Shown piece by piece: positions 31,182 to 44,870 of a stretch of DNA of 64,000 nucleotides. A program made the position numbers and the translations under genes. A model generated the notes under the pieces. The model was not told the DNA's origin. It saw only the letters and a list, made by a program, of their open reading frames with translations, and did no database searches. The DNA is from Eledone cirrhosa (lineage: Eukaryota). Position 1 is the first letter of the stretch, and each line of letters begins with the position of its first letter. The stretch spans positions 2,046,001 through 2,110,000 of the forward strand of contig OZ024756.1 in assembly GCA_964016885.1 (NCBI GenBank). The letters are read 5' to 3'.

Positions 31182-31516
31182 TATTATGTAATAAACAACA
31201 TAAGGCAATTATTCCATTTACCAGTGGTTTCTTAAAAGCAAAAGGTTTTGCTTTCAATCATCAGAACGGAAAAAGCTGGTTTGTTTATTGAATTTGGATT
31301 ACAAAACCAAAAATTTTTTGGTTTTGTAATCCAAATTCAATAAACAAACCAGCTTTTTCCGTTCTGATGATTGAAAGCAAAACCTTTTGCTTTTAAGAAA
31401 CCACTGGTAAATGGAATAATTGCCTTATGTTGTTTATTACATAATAATACTAATTAAGCTCTGTTGCCTACATAGAGCACTCTTTTTTCCTGGACTTTTC
31501 CGATGGAATTACTTCA
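31182..31516 (+). mobile_element. Perfect fold-back element with two intact hammerheads (- 31212-31271, + 31357-31416)
   Basis: ~130-bp essentially perfect arms with almost no loop. ttccgtt-CTGATGA-ttgaaagcaaaa cc ttttgcttttaa-GAAA-ccactgg-TA-aatggaa. Tail ~65 nt. Confidence 0.85.
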
Positions 31517-31529
31517 TTCATACATATAT

Positions 31530-31682
<153 letters not shown>

Positions 31683-31692
31683 GAGATGTTAT

Positions 31693-31905
31693 CAAGGCGT
31701 TTGGGTAGACAATTGGATTCACAAGCTTGAGGTTGTGAGTTCGATTCCTGGACCAGGCGATGCGTTATGTCCTTGAGCAAGACACTTTATTTCACGTTGC
31801 TCCTTCTACCTGGAGTTGCGACTGATAGATAGTAATAACAATTGGAAAGACCAACGGAAACATTGTTTCCTCGGTCCGATTTGACGAAAGTCGATCGATC
31901 CTTTG
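31693..31905 (+). mobile_element. tRNA-derived SINE (family B)
   Basis: B-box gagttcgattcc followed by tgtccttgagcaagacactttat. Near-identical copy at 42457-42675. Confidence 0.75.
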
Positions 31906-32100
31906 TTATGTTTAATATAGAAAAGGCTCCTACAGCATTAGAACTGTTTCTTTCGGGAGAAATCATCAGGAATACCTGATAATTTATCCCGAATGAAACA
32001 ATTCTAGTCCTGTAGAAGACTTTTCTATATTAAATATATATACTCTGCTATGTATTGAGTACCTTACTTACTGTGGTTACCCCCGATTGAACCCGGGATA
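31905..32100 (+). mobile_element. Diverged copy of the 7907-8112 hammerhead fold-back family
   Basis: gtttc..aaatcatcagg / cctgataat..gaatgaaacaattctagtcctgtagaa, with the same tail. Confidence 0.7.
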
Positions 32101-32215
32101 CACACACACATATATGTGTATATATATACATATATATATATACACATATACGTATATACATACACACATGAAATCTTTTATATATAATTATATTTATATA
32201 TATATGTATATACAT

Positions 32216-32251
<36 letters not shown>

Positions 32252-32602
32252 GTATAAATATATATAAAAAAACATATATATATGTGTGTGTTTGTGTGAG
32301 AGATAGACAGAGAGATAGAGAGATAGAGAGAGAGATAGAGAGATAGAGAGTGTGTGTGTGTGCATGCATATATGTATTTATGTATACGTTATATTTATAT
32401 TTATATACAATGAATTTCCGTTATAACGAAATTCGCGGAACATTAAAAAATTCTTTGTAATAAAAAAATTCATTATAACGGTATTCGTATAACGGAATTT
32501 TACCTGAATATGTATACATATATTAACATGAAAATATATATGTGTATATACAAATATTTATATATATGTATTTCTAAACAAATATATTTTTTATTATACG
32601 CT

Positions 32603-32659
<57 letters not shown>

Positions 32660-32755
32660 CATATATATATATATATTCAATAAAGAATATATGTGTATAA
32701 ATATATATATATACATATATATATGTATATATGTACATATATATAAATGTCTGTG

Positions 32756-32787
<32 letters not shown>

Positions 32788-32910
32788 AATATTTATATGT
32801 ATGTAAATATATACATATATATATGTATATATATATATTTATACACATATATTCTTTATTGAATATATATATATATGTGTGAATATATATATATATTTGT
32901 GTGTGTGTGC

Positions 32911-32948
<38 letters not shown>

Positions 32949-32958
32949 GCACACACAC

Positions 32959-33011
<53 letters not shown>

Positions 33012-33124
33012 TTTATATATATGTAAATATATACATATATATATGCATATATATATATTTATGCAGATATATTCTTTATTGAATATATATATATATGTGT
33101 GAATATATATTTGTGTGTGTGTGC

Positions 33125-33167
<43 letters not shown>

Positions 33168-33348
33168 AATATATATATACCGAGCGAATTTGAAAATAGA
33201 AATAGAAGCTTTCGCCGTATTTTGACTATTGTCGTTCGGACGTCAATAGTCACCCTTCCATTTCTTCGAGGGTTCTAAACCCCACAGTCAGTCAAAAATA
33301 CGATGAAGCATACATACATACATATATATATATATATACATACATACA

Positions 33349-33391
<43 letters not shown>

Positions 33392-33708
33392 TGATGATCG
33401 ATTCCAACCGTGACCATCCCCACTGAAAGTTTCGTGAAATAGTCTTTTAAGACTATATAGCGCATTTAGTTTCTCCAAATTGAAGGATGAGTATTTTAAA
33501 CTTTATTTTATTCTGAGTTAAGGCTCTATTGATTTTTCCCTGGATTTCACCAGATTCTGTGGATGAATCTATATCCTGATTCTTTTTGAATTGAGTTTGA
33601 ATTATTTTCCCACATCTTACGTTAACTATTTTTCCATTTTGACGTTATAGTCACTTATATATTATGGAATACTGTTAGCTTCTTGCTACAATAATCGCTA
33701 TACTTTTA

Positions 33709-33765
<57 letters not shown>

Positions 33766-33913
33766 TTCATATATATATATATATATACATATTAAAATAT
33801 AAGTATTAATAAAATAGATATTCTTTTGTCAATTACCCCCCACTCTCCTGAGCGTGAAATTAATAAACATTTATTGTACTGCCTCTCTGTTTTGTCCCTG
33901 TTCAAATTTTTCC

Positions 33914-33951
<38 letters not shown>

Positions 33952-33968
33952 TGTATATATGAATATAG

Positions 33969-34037
<69 letters not shown>

Positions 34038-34040
<3 letters not shown>

Positions 34041-34216
34041 CGAAGGAAATGTGGTAAGGAATCAGATGGGCCATAACGCACCAAAGTACTCAATACCGAG
34101 GGTAGTAGAGTGGGCAATAGGAACAAGTATGACCCCGTCAGCAGAGCTCAAGCCGTTTCGACGGCTAATTCCGTCGAAACAGCTTGAGCTCTGCCGTCGG
34201 GGTCATACTTGTGCCT
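34038..34216 (-). mobile_element. Fold-back element, 'gacccc' family, with tail
   Basis: Tail 34038-34117 plus hairpin 34118-34216, in (TA)n. Confidence 0.75.
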
Positions 34217-34343
34217 ATATATATATATATATATATATATTTATAAGTATTAAGTTGTTAAACAATATTCGATGATTACGTCATCACTACCTTGATTAAA
34301 TCTTAACCATTTAACATCTCAGGGTATGTCATGTATCATTATA

Positions 34344-34394
34344 TTTTGTCTGATGAGGACGTACTGTTGTACATCCGAAATATGTATAATAAAA
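34344..34394 (+). ncRNA. Canonical minimal type I hammerhead
   Basis: ttttgt-CTGATGA-ggacgtac tgtt gtacatcc-GAAA-tatgta-TA-ataaaa. Confidence 0.8.
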
Positions 34395-34440
34395 CGTAAT
34401 TGATCAAAAGAACATCTATTTTATTAATACTTATATTTTA

Positions 34441-34472
<32 letters not shown>

Positions 34473-34502
34473 GAATATATGTATGTATATATATATATAT
34501 GT

Positions 34503-34619
<117 letters not shown>

Positions 34620-34649
34620 ATCTTGCGAACAAATATCGTCCGAACCCTG

Positions 34650-34728
<79 letters not shown>

Positions 34729-35309
34729 GGGTGTTCGCGTGTATGTGTGTATATATATATATATATATTCATGTTTACACATAAAGTGTTTCTCCATTAT
34801 GTGTGTGATACAGATTATTTAAAAACTGATACAAGCGTATAATTTCTAATCTTTAAATATTTTTTTTAAAGACCGTTCTGTCTGTATCTTGATTATCGAC
34901 CCTAAACTCCCCAGGGGGTCGCAATGTTATGCTAGATTATATATGGTTGATATCTGCATATTTGACGTGGTGGAGCGTATTACACTCCGTGACGGATTGT
35001 CTCGTGACAGACTGAGAGTAGGGGAACATGCGATAAAATATAGAACCAGTCAAATACGAAGGTCGATATAATCATATATGCAGGCCCCGCAGATTTCAGG
35101 GCTTGTTTCGAGATTAAACTTGTAATTTAGGAAGAAGAGCAAGAAAGAAAGAGATAGAGAGAGAGCGAGAGAGCGAGAGAGGAGGGTGAGAGACGGAGGT
35201 CGAGAGAGCGAGAGAGCGATAGAGAGAGAGAGAAAGAAAGAGTGAAATTGAGAAAGGATTATATATATATATATATAAATATATATATATATAAATATAT
35301 ATAAGTATT

Positions 35310-35345
<36 letters not shown>

Positions 35346-35374
35346 AAAATATATATATATATATGATAATAATA

Positions 35375-35560
35375 ATTGTTTCTACATTTGGCGCACAAGG
35401 CCAGTAATTATCCAGTGTATTACTGGTACTTTATTTTATCGACCAGGGTAAGGATGAAAGGCAAAGTTAACCTCGGTGGGATTTGAACTCAGATCATAAA
35501 GGGACGTAACTCTATACTTCAAAGCATGGCGTCTGACCCTCTACCGATACTGCCAATCCA
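35375..35560 (-). mobile_element. tRNA-derived SINE (family A)
   Basis: Matches the family consensus. Confidence 0.8.
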
Positions 35561-35887
35561 TGTATTTATATATATATGTATATATATATATATATATATA
35601 AAGAGAGAAAGAGAAAGAGAGAGGTGGGGAGGTAGAATCCAACACTGGCAAATTACTGGTACTTTATTCATCGCCCTTCTTGGGATTTGAACTCAAAGAA
35701 AGCCACGACAATATTTACATCCGTCCTTCTAACGGCAGCAGATACAACAGCCAATACTGTCATATAAGGACAGGAATCTCATTATTGATTATTGATACGT
35801 ATATATCGAACTATATAAATATAAACGGATACTACATTCTCACGTTAAAGCACTGTTAGTTAGTTAGGTATATAGTGGTATCAATTG

Positions 35888-36020
<133 letters not shown>

Positions 36021-36033
36021 ATGGTATCAATTG

Positions 36034-36070
<37 letters not shown>

Positions 36071-36179
36071 TATAAATATATATACACATACATACACATA
36101 TATATATAAATATAATTATATATATATCTATATATATATATATATGTGTGTGTATATACACATATATATATATACACAC

Positions 36180-36238
<59 letters not shown>

Positions 36239-36317
36239 TATATACACATACATACACATATATATATAAATATAATTATATATATATATATATATACATG
36301 TATATATATATATACAA

Positions 36318-36401
<84 letters not shown>

Positions 36402-36730
36402 ATATATGCGTGTATGTATATACACACACACGTATATATATACCATATACGGTATGTTGGTGTCTATTGGAGTATGGCTGTATCTGTGTGTCCGTGTGGA
36501 AGTGAACTGAACACATCTTTCCTCTCTATTCCGTGTTTGGAACGCACGACATGTCACATCGAAATATCTCATTTTCATTAAAATAAAGTACCAGTAATGC
36601 ACTGGGTATTTGCTGGCCTTGTGCCTAAAGTAGAAACAATTATATGTATATATGTGTATATATATATATACATTTGAAAATATATACATATAAATATACA
36701 TATAAATATATATATACACACACACACATA

Positions 36731-36787
<57 letters not shown>

Positions 36788-36788
36788 C

Positions 36789-36871
<83 letters not shown>

Positions 36872-36875
36872 CATA

Positions 36876-37256
<381 letters not shown>

Positions 37257-37415
37257 TATATATGTGTATATATATATGAATCCAGCCGAGGTTAACTTTG
37301 CCCTTTATCCTTACGGGGGTCGATAAAATAAAGTACCAGTAATACACTGGAGAATTTGCTGGCCTTGTGCCTAACGTTAGAAACAGTATATATACGTATA
37401 TATATATACACACAC

Positions 37416-37446
<31 letters not shown>

Positions 37447-37544
37447 CATACATTTGTATGTATATATATACATATATATATATACGTGTGTGTGTGTATG
37501 TATAATACTCACATATACATGAATGTACATATATTTATACATAT

Positions 37545-37596
<52 letters not shown>

Positions 37597-37734
37597 TTTT
37601 TATTAAAATAACAGATTAAAGTTTAAGCAAAGAATCGGTGCTTTCACCCTTAACGGGATCTTCGATTCTTCGCTTAAACCTTATCGATCCCTCTTCGGTT
37701 TTTAGTCTTCACTTTTATTATTATTACTATATAT

Positions 37735-37925
37735 GGGCGGTGGAATGGCAGTATCGGTAGAGGGTCGGACGCCATGCTTTCCAGCATAGTTACGTCCCTT
37801 TGCGGTCTGAGTTCAAATCCCGCCGAGGTTGACTTTGCCTTTCATCCTTACGGGGTCGATAAAATAAAGTACCAGTAATGCACTGGGTAATTTGCTGGCC
37901 TTGTGCCTAACGTAGAAACAATTAT
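37735..37925 (+). mobile_element. tRNA-derived SINE, full length (family A)
   Basis: ggcggtggaatggcagtatcggtagag..gttcaaatcc..gtagaaacaatta. Confidence 0.85.
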
Positions 37926-38334
37926 TATTACTATATATATATGTATGTACGGGTGTGTGAGTGTGTGTGGGGTGGGTGGGTGAGTGTGTGGGTATCCCGT
38001 GTTCAATAGGAGGTAACCACTATATATATATATATGTACGGGTGTGTGAGTGTGTGTGTGTGTGTGTGTTTTGTGAGTGAGTGGGTATGCCGTGTTCAAT
38101 CGGAGGTAACCACTATATATATATGTATGTACGGGTTTGTGAGTGTGTGTGTGTGTGTGTGTGTATGTGTGTTTTGTGAGTGTGTGGGTATGCCGCGTTC
38201 AATCGGAGGTAACCACTATATATATACATATATGGATGTATATATATACATATATATATATGTATGAATATATATATATATATGCATATATATTATATAT
38301 TATGTATATATATATATATATATATATATCGGGG

Positions 38335-38516
38335 ATGGGCAGTATCGGTAGAGGGTCGGACGCCATGCTTTCAAGCATAGAGTTATGTCCCTTTACGGTC
38401 TGAGTTCAAATCCCGCCGAGGTTCACTTGGCCTTTCATCCTTACGGGGTCGATAAAATAAAGTACCAGTAATGTACTGGGTAATTGCTGGCCTTGTGCCT
38501 AAAGTAGAAACAATTA
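38335..38516 (+). mobile_element. tRNA-derived SINE (family A)
   Basis: Matches the family consensus. Confidence 0.85.
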
Positions 38517-38590
38517 TATATATCTATATATTATATTATATATATATATACATATATATTTATACATATATATGTTTATATATACATACA

Positions 38591-38623
<33 letters not shown>

Positions 38624-38683
38624 TTGTATATATAATATATAATATATATATATATATATTTGTATATATAATATATATATTTA

Positions 38684-38716
<33 letters not shown>

Positions 38717-38727
38717 TTGTATATATA

Positions 38728-38766
<39 letters not shown>

Positions 38767-38964
38767 ATATATAATATATATATTTATATATATATATATA
38801 TATATTTGTATATATAATATATATATATATATATTTGTATATATATATATAATGTGTACGTGTGTGTGTGTTCATTTTATTAAGTCTTAATTGTGAGTCT
38901 TTAGCAGGTAACACTCCAAAGTAACACCACTCATCATTCAGCCTTAATAAAATGAATAGCAAAA

Positions 38965-39004
<40 letters not shown>

Positions 39005-39007
39005 AGA

Positions 39008-39080
<73 letters not shown>

Positions 39081-39089
39081 GAAACCTCT

Positions 39090-39150
<61 letters not shown>

Positions 39151-39153
39151 TCT

Positions 39154-39191
<38 letters not shown>

Positions 39192-39246
39192 GAAACCTCT
39201 GGACATATATATATATATATATAAACCTCTGGACATATATATATAT

Positions 39247-39445
39247 AACAAAGGAAATGTGGTAAGGAACCAGATGGACCATAACGCACCAGAGTACTCA
39301 ATACTTAGGGTAGTAGAGTGGGAAATAGGAAAAAGTATGACCCCGACGGCAGAGCTCAAGCCGTTTCGAGGTCCAGAAATAGCCGTCGTCCGGAAATAGC
39401 CGTCGAAACGGCTTGAGCTCTGCCGTCGGGGTCATACTTTTTCCT
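39247..39445 (-). mobile_element. Fold-back element, 'gacccc' family, with tail
   Basis: Same tail and hairpin as 34038-34216. Confidence 0.75.
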
Positions 39446-39736
39446 ATATATATATATATATATGTGTGTGTATGTGTGTGTGTGTGTTTGAGTGTTTGTG
39501 TACATCCATATATATATATATAATATTTATATTGTATATATATATATGTATATACACACACACACACATATACAAATAAATATATATATACAAATAAATA
39601 TATATATACAAATAAATATATATATATATATATGTAGAAGTTATATTTAGATTGTTGGGATACAACAAGCAAATATTTTTATAACTGATATAAAGCACTC
39701 AACAAATTATTGGAGTAAAAAACTGATCTATATTAT

Positions 39737-39799
39737 ATTTTATCTGATGAAAGCGCACCATAATTTGACTTGGTGTCCTTGAAATATCTATAATGAAAT
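39737..39799 (+). ncRNA. Minimal type I hammerhead
   Basis: attttat-CTGATGA-aagcgcacca..tggtgtcctt-GAAA-tatcta-TA-atgaaat. A related damaged copy lies at 46652-46709 (-). Confidence 0.7.
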
Positions 39800-39841
39800 A
39801 AATATGGTTTTATAAATATAGTTTCCATCTGTTAATATATC

Positions 39842-39902
<61 letters not shown>

Positions 39903-39911
39903 TATACATAT

Positions 39912-40250
39912 ATAAAGAAAAAGAGATGAAATCGAAAATGCAACTGGAGTCTTATTTTTAAAAAAAATATATATATTTATTTGGTTCCTTTACCGGTTTC
40001 GCAGTTCTTCTGCTTTTCAAAAGGTGAGTTGAGATGGAGGGTCTGAGAAAAACCACAGACCCTCCATCTCAACTCACCCTTTGAAAAGCAGAAGAACTGC
40101 GAAACCGGTAAAGGAACCAAATAAATATATATATTTAAAAAAAAAATAAGACTCCAGTTCCATTTTCGATTTCATCTCTTTTTCTTTATACTTTCACTCG
40201 TGTAGGACACCTCGGTTATTTTTCATTTTGTAAAAAAAACTTCACTTTCT
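39912..40250 (+). mobile_element. Fold-back element with U3-A8 variant hammerheads (- 39987-40024, + 40077-40114)
   Basis: Arms ~39912-40045/40056-40190. The minus copy reads cctt-TTGAAAA-gcag aagaa ctgc-GAAA-ccgg-TA-aagg; the plus copy has one stem I mismatch. Confidence 0.75.
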
Positions 40251-40467
40251 AATATATATATATTAGATCAGAGCAAACAGCACGGACACTCTATCTCAAA
40301 ATTATTTTTGAAAAGCATTTAGAAATGCGCAACCGGTAAAAACTTAAAAACTTAAAACCACAACTGAATACTAACCCATACAATCACTAATACTCTTTTA
40401 TTCCCAATTAAACCATTTTTCAACTGTGAACAATTTGTCAGGATTTTCTATTCCGTTTACCAATATA

Positions 40468-40586
<119 letters not shown>

Positions 40587-40779
40587 TGCTCTACATTCCA
40601 TGATAGGGTCCATACCGTAGTTGGAATTCAACGTTATCCTATTAGCAAGTAACCCAGTGAGATCCAGAGATAGGTTCCATGTTTCGCTGTGACAATCTTT
40701 CAGGTACAGAGTTTGATAGTCTAATATATTACATATTAATTTCATTTAATATTACTAAATATTAAATCATTTTTTCCGT

Positions 40780-41160
40780 TCATCCTTTTCGGTACCCCGG
40801 CCGATTAACTCACTCGATATGCAAATTAGGCTGCTCAGCCGTTAATATGCATAAGGAAAGTATATACTTTCAGAGTTTCAACCATCTGGCAGGAAGGTAT
40901 ACGTTGCTGACGATAGCTAATAAGCTTGAAACTAGTACAGCGTTCCTTTGTCAGTGTTGAACAAATGAGCAACGATGGTTGCTAGACAATCTACGGCTTA
41001 ATTCAGGATGTTTGTTTACAAACACACCGAGCATTATAATAAATGTTCGGTGAATCCATACGTACATATATATATGTGTGCATGTATGTATATATGTATA
41101 TATATATGTATACATACTACTGTAAGTCTGTATACATATATGTATGTACGTATACATACT
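40780..41160 (+). mobile_element. Diverged copy of the 1.0-2.3 kb retrozyme-like unit, HHR at 40901-40943
   Basis: Shares aactcactcgatatgcaaattaggctgctcagccgttaat. HHR reads acgttg-CTGACGA-tagctaataagctt-GAAA-ctag-TA-cagcgt. Confidence 0.8.
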
Positions 41161-41186
41161 TATATTACTAAATAAATTAATATGTA

Positions 41187-41221
<35 letters not shown>

Positions 41222-41260
41222 TATATAAATTACATATTAATTTATTTAGTAATATTAAAT

Positions 41261-41318
<58 letters not shown>

Positions 41319-41830
41319 GTATATATATATTTAAAAGAATAGAGGTATATATATATGTGTGTAGATATATATATATATATCTACACACATATATATGTAT
41401 ATATATATATATATTCACCTAGCTTACGCTAAACAGAATAATTTTTGAAGCTTGTTTCTTTCCCTGGTTAGCGATACTCTTTGTTGTTCTCCTGACTCAC
41501 TCGCTTTACGCGTTTTAATTGTCCTAATAACTTATTTTGGTTATTATTGCACCGACGTGAGGTATATGATTTTTAATGCAATGAAATATCTATGATCGTC
41601 GGCAAATCACTGATGAGGGACTCATTTTATTACATGTAATCCATGTGCTACCTGCAGTATTTTTCTCTATATTTTATTACATATTATTATTATATATATA
41701 TATATAAACATTTTCCTATTAGCCCACTCTACTACCCAAAGTATTGAGTACTCTGGTGCGTTATGGTCCATCTAGTTCCTTACCACACTTTCTTTGTTAT
41801 ATATATATGTGTGTATATATATATGCATAC

Positions 41831-41892
<62 letters not shown>

Positions 41893-41908
41893 ATATATAT
41901 ATGCATAC

Positions 41909-41960
<52 letters not shown>

Positions 41961-41962
41961 GT

Positions 41963-41996
<34 letters not shown>

Positions 41997-42357
41997 ATAT
42001 ATATATATATATATACACATACAAATAAATATATATATAAATATTACTTCTACGTGACCGGAAGTAGTCATTCCTTCCATGACCTTCTCGTTATATTATC
42101 ACAGTAGTGTCTTCCTCTCGACAACCGCCCCCCCCCCCCCCAGTTACATCTGTCATTGACTCATCACAGGATGTGACATCTTCACTTGTGTGATTTACTA
42201 TGTTTTGTTGCCTTGTAGTTGTTATTGTTGTTGTAATGCCTCCTGTTACCCTATCAATACCCCACCCTCTAGAATACCTTGGTTTTTCTCTGTATATATA
42301 TTGACACTAAGTTATCTTTTGCATATATATCTATCTTTCTCTCTCTCTCCCCCCCTT

Positions 42358-42391
<34 letters not shown>

Positions 42392-42392
42392 C

Positions 42393-42452
<60 letters not shown>

Positions 42453-42456
42453 CAGT

Positions 42457-42675
42457 GAAGGCGTGTGGCTGAATGGTTAGAGAATTGGATTCACAATCTT
42501 GAGGTTGTGAGTTCGATTCCTGGACCGGGCGATGCGTTATGTCCTTGAGCAAGACACTTTATTTCACGCTGCTCCTTCTACCTGGAGTTGCGACCGATAG
42601 ATAGTACTAGCAACTGGAAAGACCAACGGAAACATTGTTTCCTCGGTCCGATTTGACGAAAGTCGATCGATCCTT
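42457..42675 (+). mobile_element. tRNA-derived SINE (family B)
   Basis: A-box tggctgaatgg, B-box gttcgattcc. Matches 31693-31905. Confidence 0.75.
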
Positions 42676-42961
42676 TTATATATATAATTGAATATAAAAG
42701 AGAGATAAACACAAATAAAAAAAATTATTTATTAATTTATTAAATCACAGATGAAAACATTTATTGTTTTAAATTGAGTCTGGCAAACCCTATACTTAAT
42801 AGTTAGTATATTTTCACCCTAGCGAACCTGGTCCCTACCATTTGAACTCATGTATAAGTCTGTCTTTATCTCTCTTTTATATTCAATTATATTACACGGC
42901 TCAGAAAAAAACTCTTTCTTTGATTTATTTAATTGTAAGAGACTATTTTGAGTTTCTATAA

Positions 42962-43095
<134 letters not shown>

Positions 43096-43337
43096 GTATA
43101 TAGTTTCGTTGACAAGTATATTAATGTGCACAGACACACATATATATTGCTCCTTATGATCTATTGCACCATTTATGTGATAAACTTTTGATGTCATTTT
43201 TTATGACTTTATATGTGTTATGTATTATGTGTTATTCTATACAGCGTTGGCCTTGGGACCCCCTACTTGTCCTTTATCATAGTTCTGGTGACTGAGCTCG
43301 ATGGAGCCTGCAACCTTTGATATATTTTTGTTTATAA

Positions 43338-43382
43338 GCTCCGATGATTCCTGTCCTAGGGTATGGATGAAACATTGTTAGC
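43338..43382 (+). ncRNA. Degenerate minimal hammerhead (CCGAUGA core)
   Basis: gct-CCGATGA-ttcc..tggat-GAAA-cattg-TT-agc. Confidence 0.45.
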
Positions 43383-43425
43383 AAATAAAACAATGTATTT
43401 ATAAGCACTCTTTGGTTATTCCTAA

Positions 43426-43461
<36 letters not shown>

Positions 43462-43797
43462 GCATATATATGTATATATGTATGACTATGCATATATGTA
43501 TATATACGCATTTATATGTATATATGTATGACTATGTATATATGTATATATACGCATTTATATATAATCAACACACAAACACATACCACACACTGACACA
43601 CACACACACATATATATATATATAAATAGGATAACAAGGTAGCGATTAAGGTAATCCAGCTAGAGGATGTGAGTAATCTGTCTTGGGGATAGTTTTAGCG
43701 TACGGCGTTGTTTGACTCAACAAGAAGTTTCTTTAGTTAGATAGCCAGTTTAAGAGAGGTTCCAGGCAGGTAGTTCTTGGAGTAAGAATAATCTGTT

Positions 43798-43867
<70 letters not shown>

Positions 43868-43946
43868 AACAGATTAAATTTTAAGCAAAGAATCGCTGCT
43901 TTCCCCCTTAACGGGATCTTCTGAAAATCGTTTATATATATATATA

Positions 43947-44175
43947 CAGGGTGTTTCAAAAAATTTAATAGCATTTGAGATTTTAATATCATTTGAGATG
44001 TAAATATCCCAGAACTACAAGGTCTAGGACAACGAGACTAAGCAGGCGCCATGTTAAGTAACACAAGATTTATTCCTCAAAACATGTCCACGTTATAACA
44101 TTAATTCACAATATACATTTCAATGTGACAACCTTGGGAACAGGCCATTGATATCCAATTGTTTGAAATACCCTG
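43947..44175. mobile_element. Tc1/mariner-type MITE
   Basis: Terminal inverted repeats cagggtgtttcaaa / tttgaaataccctg with TA on both sides. Confidence 0.75.
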
Positions 44176-44420
44176 TATAATCCTTATCGTGCCATCTTTC
44201 AAATTTTAGTTTTCACATTCATTATTACTATATAAGTATCGGCAGAGGGTCGGACGTCATGTTTTGCAGCATAGTTACGTCCCTTTATGGCCTGGTTCAA
44301 ATCCCGCCGTGGTTAACTTTGCCTTTCATCCTTACGGCGTCGATAAAATAAAGTACCAGTAATACACTGGGATAATTGGTGGCCTTGTGCCAAAAGTAGA
44401 ATCAATTATTACTATATAAG

Positions 44421-44458
<38 letters not shown>

Positions 44459-44481
44459 TAATATATATATATATATATATA

Positions 44482-44555
<74 letters not shown>

Positions 44556-44558
<3 letters not shown>

Positions 44559-44870
44559 TTGTCCCCCGTGGGCTCTAGGAAGATCACCCCTGCGAGGAGT
44601 GAAAAACCGCAAATATTGGATGTGGTCCATAAAAATGCCTATAAACGCCAAAATATGACGTAAAATACAATAGAAAGATGGAGCGTCTTATGCGAAGGGA
44701 CATTCAATAGGCAGGTAAGTATGGTTTATTGTTGTTAATAATTTTGCGATCAAAATGCCATAAAAACAATCGCAGAAGATATTTACGATTCCGCGTATAT
44801 GCGGTGGTTTTCACGATTAATTATTAGTTACGTTTTAAGGAAAATTCCGCGAATAACCGGGACCGGTGAT
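44556..44870. mobile_element. Partial pogo/Tigger-like MITE
   Basis: Starts ta|cagttgtcccccg and is a reverse-orientation homolog of 49886-50173. Confidence 0.55.
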
